The notes beneath the pieces are model-generated. The model did not search any database and had not been told where the DNA came from. It worked only from the letters and a program-made list of their open reading frames with translations. The position numbers and the translations under genes are program-made. Below are positions 56,201-64,000 of a DNA stretch of 64,000 nt, one piece after another; position 1 is the first letter of the stretch; every line of letters starts with the position of its first letter. The stretch is from Leucoraja ocellata (lineage: Eukaryota), in contig JAWMAR010000016.1 in assembly GCA_036785375.1 (NCBI GenBank), forward strand, positions 10,354,001 to 10,418,000. Reading direction: 5' to 3'.

Positions 56201-58649
56201 GTGCAGACGGAGATAGGATGCGGGGCAAAAACCCCCCCAAAAAACGCATCTTCATCGAGGTAAGAGATTAGAATAAGATTCCCCCCAACACCCCCTTCCC
56301 ATCCCCAACATAAAACAAGCTAAAGAACACTAAAAACATGCATTTAACACATACTATTAAAACACAAAGGATGGGACAGGCAGTTGGCGAGGCAGTCATT
56401 GCTGAATAGGGGGGAGAGAAAGTATGGAATACCGGGTGCTGCTCCTCCAGTTTGCATGCGGCCTCACTCTGGCAATGGAGGTGGCCCACGACAGAAAGGT
56501 CAATATGACAATGGGACGGGGAGTTAAAATAATTATCAACCTGGAGTCCTAGTAGGCTTTAGCGGACAGTTTGTTCGCCAACACTTCCGCTTGGGAAGCT
56601 TATAAACAGTATAAACATTAAATTTTCCAATTTTAGGTGACTTTGAACAACCTCCCATTTCTCTACCACAGCCCCTTTTCTTCCCTCACCTGAACTCGTA
56701 TCTCTATATCCCGTCCGCCTCCCCCTGCTCCTACATTCCTTCCTCCAGCTTCACAATTTGTAACTCTTCAATCCATCTTTCTTACACCTTCTGCTTTAAC
56801 CTCACCTATTCATGTTCTTTAGCGAGGCGGCCTGACCTGCTGAGTTACTCCAGCACTTTGTGTCCTTTTGTTTAAAGCAACAACTGCAGTTTATAAAATA
56901 ATGAGGAGAATAGAATGGATGAATATACAGAATCATTTTTCCCCATGTTAAGGGAATCAAGAATCAGAGGATATGAGTTTAAGGTGAGAAGGGAAAGAGA
57001 AGGGAAAGCCTATTAGGCTTACTAATAGGCTTTAGATCTAGTAGGCTTTATTATTATCACATGAACCAAGGCACTGTAAAAAGTATTGCTTTAAATGCTA
57101 TCCAAACACATCAGATCTAATATATACATAGATACATTACCTAAATCTCTAAATTAATTCAAACTCATACAAAGAGCAACGGGGAAGATAGAGTACAGAT
57201 TATAGTTCTCAGCATTGTAGTACGTCAGTTCCTTAGTGTCAAACAGTTCTCTAGCTCACAAAAGGACAATTTGGAAGCCCCAAAACAGAGAGGAAAAAGC
57301 TGTCCCCGAGTCTGACAGTGTGTGCTTTCAAGCTTCTGTTCCTTCTACCAGGCGGGAACAAGAAGAAGCAGGAATGACTGGGGTGGGACAAGACTTTGCT
57401 TTTCCGAGACAGTGTGAAGTGTAGAGTCAACGGTGGGAAATCTGGTCTGTGTGATGGACCGACTGGGTACATCTACAACTCATTGTAATTTCTTGCAGAC
57501 GTTCCCCCAAACCAAAACATGACGCAACCCATCAGTATGTTTCCTATGGTGCATCTGCAGAAATTTGTAAGAGTTTAGTTTAGAGTTTTATTCAGAGGTA
57601 CAGGGAGGAAAGGCCCTTCGGCCCAACGATTCCGTGTCGACCAGCGATCACCCCGACACACGAGGGACAATTTTTACAGAAGCCAATTAACCTGTCTTTG
57701 GAATATGGGAGGAGATTAGAGCACCCGGAGAAAACTCACGTGGTCACAGGGAGAACGTACAAACTCCGTACAGACAGCATTCGTCATCAGGATCGAACCC
57801 GGGTCTCTGGCGCAGTAAGCCAGCAACTCTACCGCTGTGCCACTGTGTCGCTCCTGTAATTCAGCATTACTGGAGACATACCAAATTTCCTCAGTCTCAA
57901 GAAGGAGAGAGTTGGCTTGCCTTCTTGGTTGCCGCATCAATGCGGATAGTCCACAACAGATCATTGATCATATTAACACCTAGAAACTTGAAGCACTCTA
58001 ACATTTCCACATCTGTATCATTGATGCTGATTGGGGCATGTCCATGGAAGTCAATAACTAGCTCTCTTGTCTTGCTGACATTCAGGGAGAGGTTACTGTC
58101 CTCTCACCATGTCACTAAGTTCTCGATCGCCATTCTGTGCTCTCTCTCTCGTCATTGTTCATGATTTGGCCCATCACAGTGATGTCTTCTGCAAATTTGT
58201 AAATGGAATTAGAGCCAAATTGGTTGTATAATTGTGAATGTAAAGGGAGATTACTAGGGGACTAAGAACACATCCTTGTGGGGCACCGATGTTGAGAATT
58301 ATTTTGGAGGAGGTGTTGTCACCTGTCCTCACTGATTTAAGTCTGTGCGTCATCAACTCGTGGATCTAGTAGCAGTGGGGAGAGTTGATTCCTTTGATCT
58401 GGAATTTGGAGATGAGTTTGGATGAGATTATGGTGAAGGTAGAGCCACAGTCGATAAATAGGAGTCTAACATAGGAGTCCTTGGTGTCTAAGTGTTTCAG
58501 AGATGAGTTTATGGCCAGGAAGATGATGTCTGCTGCCGGAGGGGCAGCTTTTTCACGCAGAGGGTGGACGGTATATGGAATGAGCTGCCAGAGGAGGTAG
58601 TTGAGCCAGGTACAATAATCTATATACTTTTAAACGCGTGTGTGTGTGC

Positions 58650-58700
<51 letters not shown>

Positions 58701-60747
58701 CATGTCAGATTAGAATTTCAGATTAGATTTTTGGCCTTTGATTCGTTGGTCCGCCAAAACCACACGCAAAAACTCTGAGATTTATTCCATTTCGCTAGCC
58801 CCCCCCCCCCCCGCTCACTCATTTTCATATCGCCTTCTCACCATAACGGCGGCTGCCGCCTGGCTCTCCTCCAAAAACGCTGACATTTTTCACATTTCGC
58901 TAGCGATTTTCGCTGCTGCCGCCCGGCTCTCCTGCACTCCCCCCCCCCCCCCCCCCCCGGCTCTGTCACGCTGGCGGAAGGCACAGATCGCCATCCCCGT
59001 GGGCTTGCACTGTCCGAAAATCCTTCTATCTTCAGTGTAAACCAGCATCTGCAGTTCCTTCCCGCACAAATAATTTATACGCCATGGTAAAGAACGATAC
59101 CTCTATTACTTGTGACACACTAGTCTGAGCACAGGCACTATCCAAATCTTGTTGCATGCACAAACTATTCAAGTATCTGAATGGAATTGAAAAGTGTGCA
59201 TGGACCAACATTCAACAAGTTTGACGAGAAACAGAGGAATTATATGAAAAACACCGAATGAACGGCATTGCTGAATTATTGAGAAATCTGCTATATTTCA
59301 AACCTCATCCATCATAATACAATCAATACATTTTTCTTTAAATAACTAGGACTGAAGCTAGAAATTTACAAGCATCTCTAACCTGTTCACTTCCCTCACG
59401 AAACATAATCAAACTTCGACTGCTTATTTAAAGCAATTAGACATTTTGACTTCAAGGAGTAATGCAAATTAAATTATAATGCCCGTTTCAATGCTGTAGT
59501 CAGTATAAATTAGTATAAGTAAGAAGAAGAATAAATATACAATTGATGTTTACAGTGGGCTTTAAATGCCAGTTCCTGAGTCTATTCCATTCACGGCCTC
59601 TCCTCGTCCATTTTCCTCACCCTCTCTTAACCGTTACACCACAGCCTTGGCTCCCAATCACACAACTTCCAGTCTGTTACAAAGTAATGGGTCAACCACA
59701 ACTTCCTTTAACTCAATATCAGCAGGGCACAGTCAAGGTTCCTTCCGCTGCTGAACAGGGGGGGGCGGGGTGCGGTGGAGACGCCCCTCAAAATCAGGGA
59801 AGGGATTCCATGCCAGTGGGCCACGTGAGGGGCAAGGGTGTGGGGTAAAATTGTGACTTTGGGAAACTCTATGGAATGTATGTATAGCCTCTGGGAATGT
59901 CGGATGGAGTTTTGTATGGATCATGTATTGTATATATTTACTTCTCGAATAAAGTATATTATGAAATAAAAAAAATAAAAAATCAGCAAGCCCCTGCTGT
60001 TAAGTTTGGCTCCTGTCAAAAATTGAATTGAATTACCAATCATAAACTCATCTATTGTCGATCATTTTTTTAGTTCACTTTATTATGGTCATGTGTACCG
60101 AGGTACAGTGCAAAGCTTTTGTTTGCCTGCCCTCCAATCAAATAAAAGATTATACATGATTACAATCAAGCCGTCTACAGTGCACAAATAAAGGATAAAG
60201 GGTACAACATTTACTGCAAGATAAAGCCAGATTAAATATAATTCAAAGGTCTCCAATGTGGTAGCTAAGTGTGTGTTAGAGGGAACTACAGATGCTGGTT
60301 TAGACCAAAGATAGACACAAAAAAGTCATTTGGAGAACAAGTTACCAATTTCTACAACTTTTTAACATGGACAAAATTCTATCTTGATTTTACACTGAAA
60401 CAGCTTTGTTTTAACTTTGCTATATCCATTCTCTATTGTGAATGCTGCTAACACCATTATACATATTAAACAATTATGTAAAAGCTGTTAATAGCATTCA
60501 GCAAAATGGTAAAAACATTCCTTAGAAATTTTTTTTTTTAAGAGAACCTGCCAATCGAGATCGAGATATTCTTTTGGGGTCTGTGGTGAGCAATCAGCTG
60601 CAGAATTACTGGGATTCAAAGGGAGGAAACTATTTTACTTTAAAATAATGGATTTAATACTTACTAATATGAGTCCTGATATGAGAGAGGATGTCCCTGT
60701 TAATGCCACATAGAACTTCGGAGTCAATGTGTTGAGAAATGCAGTTA
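111..60747 (-). CDS. ST7L: ST7-family gene, most likely ST7L (suppression of tumorigenicity 7-like); 11 internal coding exons, start and stop outside window
   Basis: Exons of 83,163,55,116,79,155,98,115,73,103,151 nt (1191 nt) with GT-AG sites join in frame from [17 protein letters not shown] to [12 protein letters not shown]. Paralog call rests on recalled ST7L-type residues ([10 protein letters not shown]-x-CATAYVLL with one extra residue, GRIRE, MLNIHE, FFHLQHW); several other positions look ST7-like. Confidence 0.85.
966..2386 (+). mobile_element. Tc1-family (IR/DR type) DNA transposon, defective
   Basis: TA|CAGTG...CACTG|TA; ~200-235 bp TIRs each with two CCATAATxTTTGGGACA repeats (975,1147; 2154,2361). 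Confidence 0.95.
1282..2128 (+). pseudogene. Frameshifted Tc1 DD34E transposase, C-terminus missing
   Basis: HTH-like [22 protein letters not shown]; LWADETK; [15 protein letters not shown]; QQDNDPKQ...SPNLNPIEH with 34 residues between D and E; spread over several frames. Confidence 0.92.
4256..4318 (-). mobile_element. Extremely 5'-truncated non-LTR 3' tail insertion
   Basis: Flanked by 14-bp direct repeat GTCAACTCAAATCA (4242-4255, 4319-4332); GACAAT-type end plus GAATCT repeats on the minus strand. Confidence 0.65.
4660..5130 (-). mobile_element. CR1-type LINE 3' fragment
   Basis: RTRGHS...[14 protein letters not shown], the CR1 ORF2 C-terminal motif; boundaries approximate. Confidence 0.85.
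5875..5905. mobile_element. 31-bp TIR-only mini-element with 8-bp TSD
   Basis: CTCAGAAC|CAAAGATACTAGAG-GAG-CTCTAGTATCTTTG|CTCAGAAC. Confidence 0.75.
10285..10565 (+). mobile_element. CR1-type LINE 3' fragment
   Basis: [15 protein letters not shown]...[13 protein letters not shown]. Confidence 0.8.
11000..12030 (-). mobile_element. CR1-type LINE 3' fragment interrupted by a hAT MITE
   Basis: Reverse-strand CR1 motifs ([14 protein letters not shown]) continue on both sides of 11433-11760. Confidence 0.75.
11433..11760. mobile_element. hAT (Charlie-like) MITE
   Basis: TIRs CAGTGGGTCCCAAC / GTGGGGAACCACTG; perfect 8-bp TSD CTCTAACC (11425-11432, 11761-11768). Confidence 0.92.
14155..14930 (+). 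mobile_element. CR1-type LINE RT fragment, decayed
   Basis: [18 protein letters not shown]...SGVSQGSVL motifs with frameshifts. Confidence 0.85.
14930..16310 (+). mobile_element. Penelope-like element 3' part (GIY-YIG endonuclease + terminal repeat), interrupted at 15719-16129
   Basis: CNRRRC...[26 protein letters not shown]...[18 protein letters not shown] (ORF 15158..15493); degenerate CTGAAGAAGGGTC core near 16212. Confidence 0.85.
15719..16129 (+). mobile_element. 5'-truncated RTE-X-like LINE 3' end with (AAG)n tail
   Basis: 13-bp TSD ACTTGTCCTTTTG (15706-15718, 16130-16142); residual C-terminus [27 protein letters not shown] (stop 15881-15883); GAAGAAGAAG tail; clade assignment from recall. 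Confidence 0.75.
18177..18362. mobile_element. Inverted pair of Penelope-derived terminal repeats inserted in a CR1 fragment
   Basis: 12-bp TSD AGATTCACCAGG (18165-18176, 18363-18374); arms are reverse complements. Confidence 0.85.
20990..21550 (-). mobile_element. Rex1/Babar-like LINE RT fragment
   Basis: [33 protein letters not shown] motifs; boundaries approximate. Confidence 0.75.
21850..22940 (-). mobile_element. CR1-type LINE ORF2 fragment
   Basis: [29 protein letters not shown] motifs plus CR1 3' tail. Confidence 0.9.
24723..25180. mobile_element. PIF/Harbinger-type MITE carrying a (GT)n tract
   Basis: TAA|TGGGCCTGTCCCACTTA...TAAGTGGGACAAGCCTA|TAA (15/17 TIR match, 3-bp TAA TSD); host CR1 resumes afterwards. 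Confidence 0.88.
26983..27125 (+). mobile_element. Short non-autonomous retroelement with HDV-like ribozyme head and (GAA)n tail
   Basis: 11-bp TSD CCTCTTACTCC (26972-26982, 27126-27136); tail ACGAAAGAAGAAGAAGAAG. Confidence 0.88.
26984..27037 (+). ncRNA. Predicted minimal HDV/CPEB3-like self-cleaving ribozyme
   Basis: P1 GGGGUGG/CCACCCU, P2 GAUUGCA/UGCGAUC, P3 ACC/GGU, L3 UUCAUGU, J1/4 GU, UUCG mini-P4, J4/2 CUAA with putative catalytic C at 27027. Confidence 0.82.
29112..29214 (-). CDS. ST7L: ST7L coding exon ([34 protein letters not shown])
   Basis: ccatag| ... |gtaaat; 103 nt. Confidence 0.95.
29755..29780 (+). repeat. (CTTGA)n pentanucleotide tail of a truncated non-LTR element
   Basis: GTGACAAATAAA followed by five CTTGA units. 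Confidence 0.8.
30935..31170 (+). mobile_element. tRNA-derived V-SINE (HE1-like), degenerate
   Basis: GGCACAGTAGTGCAGCGG A-box-like and GGGTTCGATCC B-box, then GGAGTTTGCACATTCTCCC core. Confidence 0.75.
32400..32945 (-). mobile_element. CR1-type LINE 3' fragment
   Basis: [14 protein letters not shown]...[11 protein letters not shown]. Confidence 0.8.
33115..33187 (-). CDS. ST7L: ST7L coding exon ([25 protein letters not shown])
   Basis: ctacag| ... |gtgagt; 73 nt. Confidence 0.95.
34000..34114 (-). CDS. ST7L: ST7L coding exon ([38 protein letters not shown])
   Basis: ttgcag| ... |gtaagt; 115 nt. Confidence 0.95.
34235..34925 (+). mobile_element. Rex1/Babar-like LINE 3' end with open C-terminal frame
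   Basis: ORF 34251..34751 [15 protein letters not shown]...[12 protein letters not shown]...[18 protein letters not shown]; 3' UTR ends GACAATAGACTCTCTTGA. Confidence 0.88.
35097..35194 (-). CDS. ST7L: ST7L coding exon ([33 protein letters not shown])
   Basis: tgccag| ... |gtaagt; 98 nt. Confidence 0.95.
35380..35845 (+). mobile_element. CR1-type LINE 3' fragment
   Basis: AGAACCAAAGGACATAG / TGGAACAAGCTGCCGGAGG core and CCATGCTG..TGACTCTATGA tail. Confidence 0.8.
36052..36275. mobile_element. Inverted pair of Penelope-derived terminal repeats
   Basis: GCTGGAGAAACTCAGCGGGTGA... followed by its reverse complement, around CCTTCTTCAG and CCCGAAACGTCA. Confidence 0.8.
36276..36570 (-). mobile_element. 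tRNA-derived V-SINE (HE1-like)
   Basis: Reverse complement of the 62648-62972 element with A/B boxes and CTGTATCTCTAAAC tail. Confidence 0.85.
37480..39130 (-). mobile_element. Decayed CR1-type LINE ORF2
   Basis: [33 protein letters not shown] motifs plus 3' tail; small Penelope-tail insert near 38666-38720. Confidence 0.85.
39217..39468. mobile_element. Composite Penelope-derived insertion (one reverse + two tandem forward terminal repeats)
   Basis: 14-bp TSD GACATTAGGTGAAA (39203-39216, 39469-39482). Confidence 0.88.
39490..40195 (+). mobile_element. GC/CpG-rich non-coding repeat with non-LTR-type tail
   Basis: 3' part shared with ~10580-10780 (+) and ~55745-55900 (-); ends GTCTGAATGACAATAAAG; 5' boundary uncertain. 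Confidence 0.65.
40379..40533 (-). CDS. ST7L: ST7L coding exon ([31 protein letters not shown]...QQEAQH)
   Basis: tccttag| ... |gtaagc; 155 nt. Confidence 0.95.
40890..41410 (+). mobile_element. Penelope-like GIY-YIG remnant
   Basis: [14 protein letters not shown]; [15 protein letters not shown] similar to 15158-15493. Confidence 0.7.
42215..44200 (-). mobile_element. Decayed CR1-type LINE, interrupted by a purine-rich tract
   Basis: [28 protein letters not shown] motifs plus 3' tail. Confidence 0.85.
42755..43175 (+). repeat. G/A-rich low-complexity tract with dense G-runs
   Basis: ~420 bp almost only G and A. Confidence 0.9.
44635..45488. mobile_element. Non-autonomous TIR DNA transposon, superfamily unresolved
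   Basis: TIRs TAGGTATGTTACAAAA / TTTTGTAACATTGCTA (14/16); flanking direct repeat CATATAC (44628-44634, 45489-45495). Confidence 0.8.
46131..46209 (-). CDS. ST7L: ST7L coding exon ([27 protein letters not shown])
   Basis: ttaacag| ... |gtatgt; 79 nt. Confidence 0.95.
47713..47844 (-). mobile_element. 132-bp Penelope-derived terminal-repeat insertion beginning at a hammerhead core
   Basis: 13-bp TSD TAGTGTGCAGGAA (47700-47712, 47845-47857). Confidence 0.88.
47811..47846 (-). ncRNA. Predicted minimal type I hammerhead ribozyme core (Penelope-type)
   Basis: UAGU CUGAAGA A GGGU-UUCG-GCCC GAAA C GUC ACCU; loopless palindromic stem III (ACGU); stem I weak. Confidence 0.65.
48588..48703 (-). CDS. 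ST7L: ST7L coding exon ([38 protein letters not shown])
   Basis: tctaaag| ... |gtgagt; 116 nt. Confidence 0.95.
49720..50470 (+). mobile_element. CR1-type LINE remnant: ORF1 esterase end and endonuclease start
   Basis: [20 protein letters not shown]; LYFNA...[11 protein letters not shown] motifs. Confidence 0.65.
50791..50845 (-). CDS. ST7L: ST7L coding exon ([19 protein letters not shown])
   Basis: ctgacag| ... |gtatgt; 55 nt. Confidence 0.95.
52023..52325 (+). mobile_element. tRNA-derived V-SINE (HE1-like)
   Basis: GGGGCGGCACAGTG head, GGTTTGATCC B-box, CTGCATCTCTAAA tail. Confidence 0.8.
52715..53695 (+). mobile_element. Decayed CR1-type LINE RT fragment
   Basis: [12 protein letters not shown]...ISKFADETK (ORF 53207..53554). 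Confidence 0.85.
54254..54416 (-). CDS. ST7L: ST7L coding exon ([28 protein letters not shown]...NRQNVS)
   Basis: tttcag| ... |gtaatc; 163 nt; within ORF 54237..54437. Confidence 0.95.
55742..56405 (-). mobile_element. GC-rich non-coding repeat with non-LTR-type tail, related to 39490-40195
   Basis: Reverse complement of TTGCCTTCCATCACAGTGAGG; minus-strand end ATGACAATAAA. Confidence 0.55.
57045..58530 (-). mobile_element. Rex1/Babar-like LINE RT + 3' end, interrupted by a V-SINE
   Basis: [16 protein letters not shown]; [22 protein letters not shown]. Confidence 0.8.
57573..57850 (-). mobile_element. tRNA-derived V-SINE (HE1-like)
   Basis: Reverse complement of GGCACAGCGGTAGAG and GGGTTCGATCC boxes. 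Confidence 0.85.
58638..58696 (+). repeat. (GT)n microsatellite
   Basis: Direct reading. Confidence 0.95.
60665..60747 (-). CDS. ST7L: ST7L coding exon ([28 protein letters not shown]), hydrophobic segment
   Basis: cctttcag| ... |gtaagt; 83 nt; not in the ORF track. Confidence 0.95.
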
Positions 60748-61125
60748 CTGAAAGGAAGAAAAATAATTCATAGCTAAGCAAGGAAATCAAACTCTAAAAA
60801 AAAAGACAATCATTTCTTTAGGCACTGTTATTTCACCAAGCAGGATTCAACAAAAAAATCAGTCCAAGCAGATGGACTTAAATATCACTTTCATTCATCC
60901 TGTCTAATTGTTCTTGTATTCACAATCAATGCTCTGCCAATGATCACCCTTGTCACCCATGGCTCAATGAGGAATATTTTTTATCAGAAGTAGATGGCTT
61001 CAGTTTTCTCTCCAAAGCCTCAAGTATCTGGTCCTAGCCGACTCTTTCAATGCCATGGAAGGGGAATACTTTCAGAATTGCTTCTCTTGGGTGAAATATT
61101 AAATCAAGCATACACATGAACTTCA

Positions 61126-61296
61126 AAGGTAGACAAAAGTGCTGGAGAAACTCAGCGGGTGCAGCAGCATCTATGGAGCAAAGGAAATAGGCAACGTTGC
61201 CTATTTCCTTCGTTCCATAGATGCTGCTGCACCCGCTGAGTTTCTCCAGCACTTGTGTCTACCTTCGATTTTCCAGCATTTGCAGTTCCTTCTTAA
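61126..61296. mobile_element. Penelope-derived loopless fold-back insertion
   Basis: 70-bp arms centred at 61195/61196; flanking repeat ACACA(T/G)GAACTTCAAA (61112-61127, 61297-61312). Confidence 0.88.
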
Positions 61297-62647
61297 ACAC
61301 AGGAACTTCAAAATACTTCTACTTAAAGATCACCCAGCAGAGTTGAAGTATTCTGGCTAACTGTAATCCCTCAACCAACATCATTAAAAACATATCACTA
61401 TTTATCTGACCGTTGCTTAGAAAAACTTGCTGTGAACACGAAGCCAAAAACATTGGAAATACTTAAATGCTCATTAACATCGAGTGATGATCTCTCATTA
61501 GTGTTCTCATCAAAGTCACTGACCTGAAATATGAAACCTGGTTCTCTCTCATGATATTTTCCGTATATTTTTTGTTTTATCCATCTTACAGCATCTCTGC
61601 CTTCTTGTGTTTATTTTACTAGGCACAGACATGTATATTTTCTGCATAGAAGCAGTTAAACATCAAATCTATGCACTGACTGCCAAGCACTTTACATCAT
61701 ATGTAGTAAACGTTGATTCACAGTCGAGAACAAAACGAAATGTCACTGAAAGATGCAATGATAGTAGATTGCCAGAAGGTGGCACCAGAGGGTCTTTGCA
61801 AGATTCCACTTGCATGCTATATTGATTCAATTGATTCAAAGATACAGCGTGGAAACCTTCGACCCATCAGGTCTACATTACTGACCATTGATTACCCATT
61901 CATACTTGTTCTGTTATCCCACTTGCACATCCACTTTCAACAAACAGATTACAGAGCCAATTAACCTACAAGCCTGAAGAAACAAGGAACTGCAGATGTT
62001 GGTTTACGCAAAAGGACACAACATGTTCAAGTAATTCAGCGGGCCGGGCAGCATCTTTGGAGAACATGGATAGGTGCATGGATAAGCCCTTGGTTCCGAA
62101 TTGAAACGTCATCTTATCCATGTTTTCCAGAGATAATGGTTAAAGCTTAATGTCCTTGTGATTGGAAACTGGAGGACCAGAGGAAACCCAAGGGAGAACA
62201 TGCAAACTCCACACAGACAGCAAAGTTAGGAACAAATCCAGGATTATGGCGCATTGAGGCAGCAGCACTACCAGCTGAACCATTGTGCTGCCCTATATTG
62301 CACACAATTTCAGTGATCTGGATGTTAATAAATTGAAATGTGGAGACAGTACACGAGATGGATTTCCATTAAAACTACATTTTACTAATGTATGCAAAAC
62401 TATTCTCTCTAGATTGTCCATCATGTAAAGGGTGATAAAAAAGTATAAAGTGTAGCTACTTGTATATGTAATTATCATAAGATGGTAGATATACTAGCTG
62501 TCACCCTTTTAGATTCCAAAGATTCTAAACACATTCTCAGTTTTCATAGCGGAAAATACTAAAACAAAAGGAGACAAAAGGCCCATTATCCTAACATCAT
62601 GTATGCTCCTAGAATCTGCATGTGAAATAGTCTCATACAAATGGTCA

Positions 62648-62972
62648 GGGCAGTCACAGTGGTGCAGCGCTAGAGTTGCTGCCTTACTGCGAATGCAGAG
62701 CTGGAGACCCGGGTTCGATCGTGACTACGGGGGCTGTCTGAACGGAGTTTGTACGTTCTCCCCGTGACCCGCGTGGGTTTTCGTCGAGATCTTCGGGTTC
62801 CTCCCACATTCGAAAGACATACAGGTTTGTAGGTTAATTGGCTTGGTAAATGTAAAAATTGTCCCTAGTGTGTGTGTGTGTAGGGTAGTGTTAATATGTG
62901 GGGATCACAGGTTGGCGCGGACCCGGTGGGCCGAAGGGCCTGTTTCCGCGCTGTATCTCTCAACTAAACTAA
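62648..62972 (+). mobile_element. Near full-length tRNA-derived V-SINE (HE1-like)
   Basis: A box TGGTGCAGCGCTAG, B box GGGTTCGATC, central GGAGTTTGTACGTTCTCCCCGTGACC, CR1-like tail GGGCCGAAGGGCCTGTTTCC. Confidence 0.88.
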
Positions 62973-62974
62973 GA

Positions 62975-63710
62975 TGTACAGCAGGGAAACAGCTCCTTTG
63001 GCTCAACCTTTTCCATGCCGACCAAGTTGGCATATTCGGCTGGTCCCATTTACCTGCATTTGACCCACATCCCTCCAAGTCCTTCCTATCCATATATCAG
63101 TCTGCTCATTTCAGATATGGACTCCCGTCTGCGTGAAAAAGTTCTAGTAAATCTCTTCTGTACCCTTTCCAACATCATGACATCCATCCTATAGCTGGGC
63201 AACCAGAACTGCACCCAGTGCTCCAAGTGTGGCCTCACCATCAACTTGTACTTTTGCATTCAATATCCTTCACAATGAAGGCAAGCAGGTCAAATGCCTA
63301 TTACATCACACTGTCCACCTGACTCGTCACTTTTAAGGAACCACACAGATGCCATCCAAGATCTCTCGGTTCTGCAACACTCTCCAGAACACGATCATGT
63401 ATTGTACAAGTCCTGCCCTAGTTTGCATGGAACACCTCACATTTGTAAAGAGTTAGATTTCATTTGCCATCCCTTGACCCAACTAATCTAGATTGTTGTA
63501 TTGTTGTAAATTTAGATATCATTCCTTACTGCCTTCAAAACCACCAATTTTGAGGTAACCTGCAAATTAATTTCCAACATTGTCATCCAAATTGTTAATG
63601 ATAGAATGAAAAGTCATTTGCTTAGCACCAACTCCTGCAGCACACCATTGGTCTCAGACCTCCAATCAGACAAACATCCACAACTACCCTTTGATTCCTT
63701 CGTCCAAGGC
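62975..63710 (-). mobile_element. Decayed CR1-type LINE fragment
   Basis: Reverse-strand GTGAGGCCACACTTGGAGCACTGGGTGCAGTTCTGG (RPHLEH.VQFW). Confidence 0.7.
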
Positions 63711-63714
63711 ATGT

Positions 63715-64000
63715 CTGCCTCACACTGTTTAGTATAATGTTCTCTGCAATGCTGTCTCATCCCTCACTGTCCATCTTCAAATCCAGTGTTAAAACGCATT
63801 TGTACTCCCTGGCTTTTGACCATGTCTGAGGCTTTGCTTCTGTTTGTGGTGTTTTTGATGTTTCTTTATTTTACATGTCTTTTCCTACTATTTCTTTTGA
63901 TTGTTATTTTTGGTGTGTATTAACTTTTTTGTCAATGATTAGTGATGTACAGCACTTTGTTGCAGCTATGTTTGTTTTTAAAGTGCTCTATAAATAAAAT
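63715..64000 (+). mobile_element. L2-type LINE 3' end
   Basis: FKSSVKTHLYSLAF C-terminus and TGTACAGCACTTTG...AAAGTGCTCTATAAATAAA tail. Confidence 0.75.

Noticed and set aside
59730-59985. AATAAA plus A-rich run suggesting a gene 3' end or retrocopy
   Set aside because: More simply an L1/Tx1-like 3' fragment; no ORF and only a weak flanking repeat, so not listed as a feature.
62648-62730. tRNA gene suggested by A/B boxes
   Set aside because: No cloverleaf closure; continues into a SINE body with several diverged copies in the window.
1-64000. CRISPR arrays, operons or prokaryotic systems
   Set aside because: Eukaryotic intron-exon DNA; recurring motifs are dispersed retroelement ends, not regularly spaced repeat-spacer arrays.

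Overview
Vertebrate genomic DNA, most likely from a cartilaginous fish (skate/ray, inferred from the repeat repertoire). The window lies inside one minus-strand gene of the ST7 family, best matching ST7L. Eleven internal coding exons (60747 down to 111; 1191 nt; all GT-AG; phases join in frame) can be assembled; the first and last exons lie outside the window. The introns, including one of 28,850 bp, are filled with decayed CR1, Rex1/Babar-like, L2, RTE-X-like and Penelope-like retroelements, tRNA-derived V-SINEs, a Tc1 element and several MITEs with intact target-site duplications (TSDs). The most notable observation is a 143-bp TSD-flanked short retroelement (26983-27125) whose first ~54 nt fold by eye into a complete minimal HDV/CPEB3-like ribozyme and which ends in a (GAA)n tail like that of an RTE-X-like LINE fragment in the same intron. 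A second family of short Penelope-derived inserts carries minimal hammerhead cores and repeatedly forms fold-back palindromes, one centred exactly on the hammerhead stem-III palindrome. All calls were made by manual reading. No searches or folding programs were run, so novelty is unverified and boundaries of decayed repeats are approximate.
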